From positions 1 through 63,343 of the forward strand of contig JAZREK010000070.1 in the NCBI GenBank assembly GCA_045660765.1: 63,343 nt of DNA, read 5' to 3'. The notes under the pieces were generated by a model that had not been told where the DNA came from, ran no database searches, and saw nothing but the letters and a program-made list of their open reading frames with translations. Position 1 is the first letter of the stretch. Every line of letters starts with the position of its first letter. The stretch comes from Clostridia bacterium. GTDB lineage: Bacteria; Bacillota; Clostridia; UMGS1883. This document shows positions 1-7,883 of the stretch, piece after piece. The translations under genes and the position numbers were made by a program.

Positions 1-157
1 CAACATGGCTGTTCGCTTTTTCTTTCAACATTCTTAATAACTGCGAAGAATCCCCTGTCGTACCACCATCAATTATAATCGTTTTTGTTGCTGTTTGTAT
101 AACACACCCAAACATTTGAGAATTGGTTGAATTACCTAAAAAATATAATTTTGTCAT
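1..157 (-). CDS. hypothetical protein, N-terminal 52 codons only (runs off the window edge); weak resemblance to MBL-fold hydrolase N-termini
   Basis: ATG at 157-155 preceded by GAAGGAAG (rc of 165-172). Translation MTKLYFLGNSTNSQMFGCVIQTATKTIIIDGGTTGDSS... stays open to position 1. Confidence 0.4.
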   Translation of the reverse strand, partial: MTKLYFLGNSTNSQMFGCVIQTATKTIIIDGGTTGDSSQLLRMLKEKANSHV

Positions 158-237
158 TTGTTTTCTTCCTTCAATCTTACTCCACAAAATTTCCGCTATA
201 AGAGGTATAAAATTTAAATGCAGTAAATTTTATCTAA

Positions 238-2097
238 TTATATGTTTTTAGTAAGTGTCATAAAACAAGTATCAAAACTTTTACCGATTTCAAAATCAAT
301 ACCGTTTTTAACTATATCCCAGCCAGCTCGCACATTTCCATTTGAGCAGGCATAGGTAGACGCGCCATCCACAATCGGATAGACACAAATATTATTTTGA
401 AGCGTTTTTTTACTAAATACAACAAGTTCAATCTCAGAAAACTCTTCGTCTCTGAACTCCAATACCAGCATTGTGTCTGTATCAGTAAGAATATGACACA
501 CCGCTTTTTTCCAAAATTCACGTTTGCTCTTGAATTTTTCAATATATTTTTTTAAGTTATTGAATACTTCATCCGAGATAGCAGTAAGATCAAAACTGAG
601 TCCAACAGGGCTTGAAGTGAGAAAACCATTTATCCAACTTTGGCTCACTCCTCTAACATTGTCCCATACGGCATCACCACAAGCAATTATCTTATCACTT
701 TGTTCATAAGATGCATATACCGGTGCGATTTTTCGAGCTGAAGCTATGGTCAGCCAGCTTTCTATCCATTGAGGTGCAAGACGTAGTAGCGAATTTTTGA
801 AAATTTCCACTCCATAATAAGGGCACTGATTATCACTTAACCAAAAGCTATCATATAACATACCGTCACGGAGCGTCATTCTCATACCGCCGGATGCACA
901 ATTTTCAATATACAAATCAGGGAATCTTCGATGAAGATCTTTTATAAATCGTACATGGCCTTCGAAATATGAAGTGAATCCAGAATAATACACATCGAAT
1001 TCTAAATCTGCATTAAAATCAAATTTTACAAATTTTGCATCAAAACGTTCAATGAGTTCACAAGTCTTGTCAAAAATATATTTAAATGCATCGGGATTTG
1101 CAAAATCAATAAAATATGAACCATTACCCATAAGATAATATTCCGGATGTTCTTTAGGTGCATTAGCTTCTAAAGATGCACATTCAGGTTCAAGCCAGAA
1201 CCCAAATTTCATACCAAAATCTCTGACCGCATCAGCAACTTCTTTCATACGCCCCCTGAAACCAAACGACTTATTTTCTTCCCAATCTCCTCTCATATCA
1301 CCCCAGTTTTCACCTTCACCAAACCATCCGGCATCAACAACAAAATATTCCACGCCTATTTCTGCTGCTTTTTTTATCTGAATCATTATATCCTTATACG
1401 AAAAGCGGTCGAATTTATAAAGCCAACTATTGTATATAACAGGCATTTCACGCCTGGGATAGTTAGTATGGAGAAATGAATGGAGCTTCCAACAATCAAG
1501 ATCTGTCTTATTGAAAACCTCGTAATATATTATCTCCGGAAGGGCAATTTCATCTCCCGGAGTAAGTTCTAAACTAAGTCCTTCGGAGTTTATCCCCATT
1601 TCAACTTCCACATATGTAGCTATACCTTCAGCATACCGTCTCGAAATCCTCATTTCCCATGATGAAAATGCATTTATATGAAATGCAACTCCGCGATTTG
1701 CCTGTTTAGACCATAGTACAACAAACGGAGCAGCATTAAAAGAATTGCGCACACTTTTGCATCGCGCGGACACCGAAGTCACAAGATCCTACCAACCACC
1801 CATACTTTCATTCTGCCAACTATTATATTGTGTATAGACTTCATATTCCCCACCGTCGAATGTAAATCTTGATGATAATGCATTAAGAGATATCGACTTA
1901 TCGGAAATATTCTTTACATTACCATTGCGTTTGCACACGCCGTTTTTATCTGCGGTGATATCTGATACAACTCTTAAAATTCCATCATCTGCACAAAAAG
2001 CATTTTCTTTAATCAATGGTTCTGCATTAAATTCTCCTATGTCAGTAATGATATTCCAAAAACTCCGCGAATCCTTTTTTTTGACAAATACATTCAT
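238..2097 (-). pseudogene. GH36-family alpha-galactosidase interrupted by a single in-frame TAG (1789-1791)
   Basis: ORFs 1789..2097 and 238..1782 are in the same frame, reading ...GGW-TAG-DLVTSV.... The C-terminal part carries GH36-like motifs DAGWFG, KFDFN and ENCASGG. Confidence 0.7.
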
Positions 2098-2298
2098 TGG
2101 TAATACTCCTTTTAATATAAATTATATACAACGGTTACCACTAACTTGCGCCACTTAACATTATTCCTATGATAATATTATAACATAAAAAAAATAAATT
2201 GGAATGCTTTGATTAAACTAAATCTTGTCAATAATCGACTAATATCTTGTTAATTACTTGTAAAAGAATATGTATAACGCGGCGGACACCAGTTACAA

Positions 2299-2433
2299 TT
2301 GAATTCCATAAACCGGCAGCAACTCATTGATGCGCAAAATCATGCTGAAAAATACCCAAATTTAATTGTACGAGTATGGGAATGGAGCGGATATTTCAAC
2401 GAACTTGACATTGCATATCAGAATCATAAATTG
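2299..2433 (+). pseudogene. C-terminal remnant of a glycyl-radical enzyme (PFL-like)
   Basis: RQQLIDAQNHAEKYPNLIVRVWEWSGYFNELD resembles the glycyl-radical C-terminus (..DAQ.HPEKY..LIVRVAGYSAYF.EL). The radical Gly position is lost (RVWEW), there is no upstream coding sequence, and the rest of the ORF is unrelated. Confidence 0.4.
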
Positions 2434-2646
2434 ACGCTATCAATTCTGCCTTGCACCATTGCAATTTCGTGGAATGTATGCTATAATTCTATTAGATCAG
2501 TCGTAATGCAGGTAATGTTTTTGACCACATGTAAACCCACAGTTAGAAATGTAACAGACGGAAACAGTGGAGATAAGATGGCTAAAGAGTATTTCGAATG
2601 TAGCGAAAAGGGCTAAAAAGCGTCAAAAATGCTATAAAGTATGTTC

Positions 2647-2700
2647 TAGAAGCGCTTCGGGACGAAGAGGCCGCGGGTTCAAGTCCCGCCCCTCCGACCA
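2647..2700 (+). pseudogene. 5'-truncated tRNA-Pro-like pseudogene (D-arm remnant to CCA, anticodon loop collapsed)
   Basis: Intact T-arm GCGGG-TTCAAGT-CCCGC followed by CCCTCCG-A-CCA (the ..CCGACCA end typical of tRNA-Pro). The anticodon arm CTTCG-GGA-CGAAG has only a 3-nt loop. No matching 5' acceptor strand (CGGAGGG) lies upstream. Confidence 0.5.
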
Positions 2701-2715
2701 TATAAAAAGAGAACC
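2684..2715 (+). repeat. direct repeat copy 1 (tRNA 3' end plus 15 nt downstream)
   Basis: tcccgcccctccgaccatataaaaagagaacc matches 2886-2917 at 30 of 32 positions. Confidence 0.8.
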
Positions 2716-2743
2716 GTGACCTTTAGGTTGCGGTTCTTTTTTT
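2709..2743 (+). terminator. intrinsic terminator after the tRNA remnant
   Basis: Stem agaaccg/cggttct with a 15-nt loop, followed by TTTTTT. Confidence 0.5.
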
Positions 2744-2747
2744 ACCC

Positions 2748-2760
2748 GGCGGGACTTGAA
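2748..2760 (-). repeat. inverted 13-nt copy of the tRNA T-arm segment
   Basis: ggcgggacttgaa is the reverse complement of ttcaagtcccgcc at 2678-2690. It can also pair with gtcccgcc at 2886-2893. Confidence 0.6.
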
Positions 2761-2885
2761 GCCTAAAGAGGGCAGCGAGGGATCAGGAAACGATTGATAA
2801 TTGTTTCCCCCGAAGCTGATGCGTAGACGGGCACCGTGAACGAAGTGCAGCGGTCGTCAAGCAGGCAAGATGCGAAGCATCTGTG

Positions 2886-2917
2886 TCCCGCCACTCCGAC
2901 CATATAAAAAGGGAACC
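2886..2917 (+). repeat. direct repeat copy 2 (orphan tRNA-Pro 3' end, no T-arm 5' half)
   Basis: tcccgccactccgaccatataaaaagggaacc. Only the last ~15 nt of a tRNA are present, plus the same downstream flank as copy 1. Confidence 0.8.
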
Positions 2918-3017
2918 TCAACCATATACAAGTTCAAGGACGGCAATTTATCAGGACCTGACACTTTATACAAGAAAATATCTGAAGACAATTGATTTTC
3001 ATTGTAGCAGCATATGA

Positions 3018-3052
3018 CAAAAGCGCTGAGGATGTATCCTCAGCGCTTTTTT
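3018..3052. terminator. bidirectional intrinsic terminator at the 3' end of the kinase operon
   Basis: aaaagcgctgagga-tgta-tcctcagcgctttttt, an 11-bp stem flanked by A and T runs. Confidence 0.75.
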
Positions 3053-3058
3053 ATTTAC

Positions 3059-4210
3059 TTACAAATCGCCGGCAGTTTTAAACCATGCATCGGCCTTTTT
3101 TCTTTCGGGTTCGGGAGATTTCGACGGAGTTGCCGTATATCCACCCGATGGAGAGTATGATACTCCACCTTCGGACGCAGATTTGTATTCGCCCGTTTTG
3201 AACGAGCTTGACATTCTGAGTTTTGAAGAAGAACCGCTTGGTTTTATAGAGCCTGTCCTACGGTCAACAGCCGCGCCGATATATTCGGTACGCATTTCAT
3301 AGCGTACACGATCACCCATCGGATCATCGCCGACCGTCATAGCAAAGCTCGGAATAAGTTCATTCAGCTTAATAATAACTTCTTCTGCCGAAGGTCTCTT
3401 TTTGGGGTCAACGTCAAGCATTGACTTTATCAAAGATTCGATTTTGTCCGGAAGCATTTTTCCTGACAATTTCAATTCCTGCCCATCGAGCACCGCTTCA
3501 AAAGGATAGTAATACTCTTCCTCGTTATAAGCGGGGAGGTTTCCGCAATAATATTCATGGAAAACAAGGCCAAGGCTGAAAATATCTGCCTTTTCATCAG
3601 GCTGAACATCCTCGCCGTACATAGCAAGGAATGTTTCAGGCGGAAGATATGTGAGGTCTCCGACAAGGTCTTCACCCTCGATCTTTTCGTCCTTGAAAAA
3701 TCCCGAGTCGAAGTCGATAAGCTTTGCAACATAGTTTCCGCGTTTTGTCTTTTTAACAAGGATATTGTTAGGCTTCACATCGCTATGTACTATTCCTGCG
3801 TAATGCAAGTCGTAAAAGCAATATGCCGCCGCTCTCATCAGGATATTTTTCTTATCATTATCCAGCTTTGAAATATCGTCCATAGTAAGAGCCTTACCGC
3901 TTATCTTCTCGGTTATGAGATAGTATCGGCTATCATGACGGAAGAATTCGTTAATTCTTACGAGGTTTCCTCGACTTGCATTATTTATTTTTTCGTAGTA
4001 CGTCTTAAACCTGTTTTCATAATTTGTGCAGTAGGCTATCTTTTCCTGGAACATTTCTTCGGTCATAACACTGCGGTCAATCGGATAAACGGGATTTATG
4101 AGCTCTTTTATGAAATACTCTTCTCCGTTTTTGACAGCAAAGCCCCATTTTGAAAATCCGCTGCTGGCATTTTTTAATTCTTCTTTTAAAATATATCCAT
4201 TGATGTTCAT
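3059..4210 (-). CDS. Hanks-type Ser/Thr protein kinase (TerY-P-type) with a disordered S/G/P-rich tail ending WFKTAGDL
   Basis: Catalytic loop HSDVKPNNILV, Mg site IDFDSG, LPPE, DIFSLG and KKRPS motifs. No canonical GxGxxG loop. Confidence 0.85.
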   Translation of the reverse strand: MNINGYILKEELKNASSGFSKWGFAVKNGEEYFIKELINPVYPIDRSVMTEEMFQEKIAYCTNYENRFKTYYEKINNASRGNLVRINEFFRHDSRYYLITEKISGKALTMDDISKLDNDKKNILMRAAAYCFYDLHYAGIVHSDVKPNNILVKKTKRGNYVAKLIDFDSGFFKDEKIEGEDLVGDLTYLPPETFLAMYGEDVQPDEKADIFSLGLVFHEYYCGNLPAYNEEEYYYPFEAVLDGQELKLSGKMLPDKIESLIKSMLDVDPKKRPSAEEVIIKLNELIPSFAMTVGDDPMGDRVRYEMRTEYIGAAVDRRTGSIKPSGSSSKLRMSSSFKTGEYKSASEGGVSYSPSGGYTATPSKSPEPERKKADAWFKTAGDL

Positions 4211-4223
4211 TTATATATCACCG

Positions 4224-4472
4224 TAACCAAAAGCGGATTTCCGCTTTCAATGTGTTAAAATACTCGGTAATCCATCAAGGATTACCTGCGTTTTTGCCTT
4301 CCGAAATCAAAAATCTGCTCTCTGAAAATTCCATTGACCTGAAACGGATGAAATTTTGAGTGGGTTTTGGTGCGGAAGAGGCAGTAAGGCTTTGTGCCTT
4401 ACAAGGATGACAAACCGAAAGATACCGAAATTTCGCCGTTTAAGGCAGGTTCGGACTATTCTCTTTTGGTTA
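4224..4472 (-). repeat. MITE-like structured repeat, copy 1 (family A), between the membrane protein stop and the kinase start
   Basis: About 90% identical to the reverse complement of 48893-49169. 10-bp terminal inverted repeats taaccaaaag/cttttggtta. Internal hairpins include gtaaggc-acaaa-gccttac, ggtaatcc-ttga-tggattacc and aagcgga-aa-tccgctt. Confidence 0.85.
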
Positions 4473-5480
4473 TTATAAATCTCCTGCTGCAGAAAATCTG
4501 TTGTGATCTGATGCTGATTTTGTTGTCGGAGCTGCTGAAGGAGCAGGCTCATAAGCAGGTGTAGGTGCAGGAGTCGGAGCAGGTGCTTCACTTGCCTCTA
4601 CAGGGGGGGTGTATACGGGTTCTTCGTACGCAGGTGCTGCGGGAGCAGGTGCTTCGTATACAGGTGCTGCAGGAGCAGGAGGTGTAGCAACGCCACCTAC
4701 GGGAGCACCGCATATATCACAGAATTTAGCGCCATCCTTCAAGGATGAGCCACATGATTCACAACGGCTAGCCAAAACAGGTGCAGGTGCTTCACCTGCG
4801 GGAGTTCCGCAAACGTCACAGAATCTTGCGCCTTCTTTTATGGGTGAACCGCATGCTGTACAACGGCTGGCGATTACATCTCTGCCTGAAAAACCAGAAG
4901 AGAATGTTGAACCACTACCGTCCTTATCTTTTCCTGTAAGGAACACGTATGCAGCTGCAAGAATCAAGATAACTGCAACAATTCTTAAAAGACCTGCGGG
5001 ACAAGTAAGAGAGCTGAAGAATGTTTTCTTAAGTTCCATATATTCTTCTTTGTCTTCTTTAGCATCCTCATTTTCATAAAGATTCAATGTGCTACCGCTT
5101 ATAGAATAGTAATTTTCGCCTTCATTACCATCTTGTTCCATTATTATTTTGTCGCCTTTAACATGCCACTTTGTACCTTTTGTCTCTTCTTTAATACTTT
5201 CCTCCATGTTGTCCATGAATTCTTTGTAATTATCTCCAAGCTGGTCCTTGAGGTCTTTCTTCATTTTGCTTGAAAATTTAACGTCCGCAGACATAGTTCC
5301 GAAAAGGCCGTAGCTCATATAAACAGAAACATCATCTTCGTCCATTCCAAATCCGAGCCCGCCCGTCTCTGCCTTATACTTACCAACAAGTTCGATTGCG
5401 TTGAAACCGCTGATAATAAATAAAAGAATTGCCACGATAACCAAACTTAATGCCTTTTTCATTGTGCTGTTCAATGTCAT
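4473..5480 (-). CDS. two-TM membrane protein: lipocalin-like extracytoplasmic domain, cytoplasmic double zinc ribbon, P/A-rich tail ending RFSAAGDL
   Basis: TM segments ALSLVIVAILLFIISGF and LLRIVAVILILAAAYVFL. Zinc ribbons CTACGSPIKEGARFCDVCG and CESCGSSLKDGAKFCDICG. AAAGGA RBS. Confidence 0.75.
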   Translation of the reverse strand: MTLNSTMKKALSLVIVAILLFIISGFNAIELVGKYKAETGGLGFGMDEDDVSVYMSYGLFGTMSADVKFSSKMKKDLKDQLGDNYKEFMDNMEESIKEETKGTKWHVKGDKIIMEQDGNEGENYYSISGSTLNLYENEDAKEDKEEYMELKKTFFSSLTCPAGLLRIVAVILILAAAYVFLTGKDKDGSGSTFSSGFSGRDVIASRCTACGSPIKEGARFCDVCGTPAGEAPAPVLASRCESCGSSLKDGAKFCDICGAPVGGVATPPAPAAPVYEAPAPAAPAYEEPVYTPPVEASEAPAPTPAPTPAYEPAPSAAPTTKSASDHNRFSAAGDL

Positions 5481-5502
5481 TTTTTAACATCCTTTCGTTT
5501 TG

Positions 5503-6405
5503 TTAAATATATTTTGAATATTCTTCCTTATAAGTTTCCCACAAGAAATTCGGGTCCTGATCTGAATTTATGTAGTTTTCAAGTATGTGTTTAAATCTCG
5601 GAACGTATGCCTTCTTAAGGTCGGCAAAATCCTTGTACCCACATACCGCAACACATAAAGTGTAATCATCGCCTGCAACGGCACTCATTCGTTCGTTAAG
5701 TGCCACTCTCCATTCTGCAGGGGTTTGCGCCTCCATAAGCGAACCTATAAGAAGATTTTCAAAAGCCATTGGAGTTTTTAAATATCCGAAACAACCGTCC
5801 GTCGCCGTAAAGAAGACGCAAGGGGCGTCAAGGCGGATATTTTTTTGATGAATATCAAACGGGGCAGTCGCATTGACTACATTTGTCATTATGCCGTCGC
5901 TTGTAAGGTTGCTCATCGCATCCTCGCCGTCAAGGTCATCCTGTGTCAACTGATGAAGCCCCTTTTCGTCGAGCATATAACATCTGGAATCGCCTGCCCA
6001 CAAACAGCACGCATCAATCTTTCCCTGATTGAATTTTGCGCTGACAGCAGAAACTGTTGTCGGGAAAGATTTACCGAGCGACCCTGTTATACGACCTGAT
6101 TTGTCGGCATAACCTTTACATACTGACAGTGCCCTTTCTATATAGTTTTTGAAATCTTTTTCATTCCCGTTTTCGAGAAACCACGATTCTATTCCTCCGC
6201 AAACCGCACGCGAAGCCACATATGCGCCGGTTTTTCCGGAATAGTTCATATATCTTTTTGAACCGGAGCCACCACATCCGTCAAGCGACACAATAAAGAA
6301 GTGTCCGTCCTTGGAAGCGTAGTAATAACTGTCTTCACCGTTGTCTTTAATCATCTCTTCCGCAACGGCAAATATTAAATTCGGTTCCATTACTTTTTTC
6401 TTCAT
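5503..6405 (-). CDS. PP2C-family protein phosphatase (TerY-P-type)
   Basis: PP2C metal-binding motifs SLDGCGGSG, WAGDSRCY, TATDGCFGY and AGDDYT. AGAGGGA RBS. Confidence 0.8.
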   Translation of the reverse strand: MKKKVMEPNLIFAVAEEMIKDNGEDSYYYASKDGHFFIVSLDGCGGSGSKRYMNYSGKTGAYVASRAVCGGIESWFLENGNEKDFKNYIERALSVCKGYADKSGRITGSLGKSFPTTVSAVSAKFNQGKIDACCLWAGDSRCYMLDEKGLHQLTQDDLDGEDAMSNLTSDGIMTNVVNATAPFDIHQKNIRLDAPCVFFTATDGCFGYLKTPMAFENLLIGSLMEAQTPAEWRVALNERMSAVAGDDYTLCVAVCGYKDFADLKKAYVPRFKHILENYINSDQDPNFLWETYKEEYSKYI

Positions 6406-6460
6406 AAAAATCCCTCTTTAGACCAGAAAACATATGATTTCTGACCTTAAAACTTAAAGT

Positions 6461-7150
6461 TTAACCGATAGAGTTTGAAATAACGTCGATAATTTCTGAA
6501 TATTCGAGGCTTTCAAGACCATCGCCTGCTTCAGAGGGGAAATGCAATACGTTATCCCAGTTCTGAGAAATCTGGCTCCAGGCAGGAGCGTCGGGAGCAA
6601 AAAGAAGAAGTCTCTTTGCGTTATTATTAACAAATCCGGGAGTCTGCGCACTGCCCCACCATGTAGCAAGTTCCTGAATATCTCGGGGCATTCCATTGGG
6701 ATAGTAAGGACTGTCAGCACCGAATCCGATGGGGTGTGTAGAAGCGTCTGTCCATACAACAATAATCTGACGACCTTTTACGCCTTCTGTATTCCATTTT
6801 GACTTGATTGCGTATGCAAGTGCTTCAAGACCGTCTTCGGGATCATCGCCACCGCCATCTGCACGAAGGCTGCGAACGCATCTTTCAAACTCGTCTGCTT
6901 CCTGAGGAAGGTTGAAGAAATCTGTTGTAAGCATTGCTTCTTCACCGTCTGCACGGTAGTCACGGAATGCAACAACACGCACGCGAAGCTGAGTAATTGC
7001 TTTTTTCTTCTTTTCCATCGCAGTTGTTACGTCCTGATAAAAGTTAAGTGCGTTATTTTTTACAATGTCAATGATTCTGTCCATACTTCCTGTACAGTCG
7101 ATACAGAAAACCATATCTACATTGTAAGTCATCCTATAATTGCTTCCCAT
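6461..7150 (-). CDS. cytoplasmic von Willebrand factor A (vWA) protein, TerY-like
   Basis: MIDAS motif DCTGSMD, plus GGGDDPEDGLEAL and VVWTDA. No signal peptide. Start chosen at the ATG 6 nt after GGAGGAA; the ORF track start 7165 is also possible. Confidence 0.8.
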   Translation of the reverse strand: MGSNYRMTYNVDMVFCIDCTGSMDRIIDIVKNNALNFYQDVTTAMEKKKKAITQLRVRVVAFRDYRADGEEAMLTTDFFNLPQEADEFERCVRSLRADGGGDDPEDGLEALAYAIKSKWNTEGVKGRQIIVVWTDASTHPIGFGADSPYYPNGMPRDIQELATWWGSAQTPGFVNNNAKRLLLFAPDAPAWSQISQNWDNVLHFPSEAGDGLESLEYSEIIDVISNSIG

Positions 7151-7187
7151 TTTCATTTCCTCCATTTATTAGTTTTATTTTAAAAAT

Positions 7188-7883
7188 TCATCCTTCTACT
7201 GTCTCTACGATTGTTGCATCGTTTATAGCTCCGCCAATTTCATCAGTTACAGTAACCGACTCTGTAGAAGGTGCAGCTACATCTCCCTCAACGGGAGCTT
7301 CAGCGCCACCTTCTGCAGGTGTCTGAACAGGGGGACCGTCCTTTACTTCCGCCTTTTTTTCTTCTTCCGAAGCCTTATCCTTTGCTTCTTTAAGTTTTTC
7401 TTTCAAGTTGATTTCTTCTTTTTCCTCTTCGACGGGCTCTTCTTCAGGAAGTTCTTCTTCCTCTATTTTCTCTTCTTCAACAACATCTTCGGGAAGTTCT
7501 TCTTCCTCTTCCGGCACAGTCTGTTCTTCCTTCAAAGGCTTTTCTTCAGGAAGTTCATCATTCTTATTCCCTGCACATACGAAAAAGATAATTGATGTGA
7601 TAAAAAGAATCACGCTTATAGCAAGAGCCGCAATAGAAAGCAGAACTATTCTTTTGTTTTTATCCTCTTCAACAGTGTCGCGCATAGGAGCATAGTCATA
7701 TTCACTTTGCACTTCTGCCTGTACGGGAGAGAAAGTTTCTTCTGCCTTCACCTCGGGTTCGGGGTTAAAGCTGAGAATGTCTGAAAATCCGTTGCCACCT
7801 GTTTGTTCGGGCATATCATAGCCACAGTAACGGCATTTCTTTGCACCGCTTACATTACTTTTTCCACAGTTATCACAAAACAT
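7188..7883 (-). CDS. single-pass membrane protein: N-terminal zinc ribbon, C-terminal highly acidic E/P-rich region
   Basis: FCDNCGKSNVSGAKKCRYCG, TM IVLLSIAALAISVILFITSIIFFVCAG, then the EEKPLKEEQTVPEEEEELPEDVVEEEKIEEEELPEEEP tract. Start at the ATG 7 nt after GGGAGG, overlapping the upstream gene by 11 nt. Confidence 0.7.
   Translation of the reverse strand: MFCDNCGKSNVSGAKKCRYCGYDMPEQTGGNGFSDILSFNPEPEVKAEETFSPVQAEVQSEYDYAPMRDTVEEDKNKRIVLLSIAALAISVILFITSIIFFVCAGNKNDELPEEKPLKEEQTVPEEEEELPEDVVEEEKIEEEELPEEEPVEEEKEEINLKEKLKEAKDKASEEEKKAEVKDGPPVQTPAEGGAEAPVEGDVAAPSTESVTVTDEIGGAINDATIVETVEG

Noticed and set aside
1789-1791. The idea that the in-frame TAGs here and at 45604-45606 reflect amber recoding (pyrrolysine or a reassigned stop).
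   Set aside because: TAG is used as a genuine stop at the natural end of spoIIIAE (29366-29368), immediately before the spoIIIAF start. No pyl genes are in the window. The luxS case also has a Cys-to-Trp loss of a metal ligand two codons earlier, which points to decay rather than recoding. This cannot be fully excluded without the whole genome.
2640-2900. A tmRNA (ssrA), suggested by the TTCGGGACG...GGGTTCAAGTCCCGCC...CCA tail.
   Set aside because: There is no 5' GGGG...TTCGAC acceptor/D-analogue half, no tag reading frame ending in a hydrophobic ..ALAA-type sequence, and the terminal ..CCGACCA with a C1:G72-type acceptor fits tRNA-Pro instead. It is interpreted as a tRNA remnant.
4307-4591. 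A 94-aa ORF bridging the family A repeat and the 3' end of gene 4473..5480, and a 156-aa plus-strand ORF at 4609..5079.
   Set aside because: The first is made mostly of repeat sequence that is non-coding in its other copies. The second is antisense to the P/A-rich and zinc-ribbon coding region. Neither has an RBS.
7400-7560. An apparent DNA repeat tract (ttcttcttcc...), with the long Ser-rich plus-strand ORF 7408..7695.
   Set aside because: It is the antisense of the GAA/GAG-rich segment encoding the acidic E/P-rich region of gene 7188..7883, so it is coding low-complexity sequence rather than a non-coding repeat or a separate gene.
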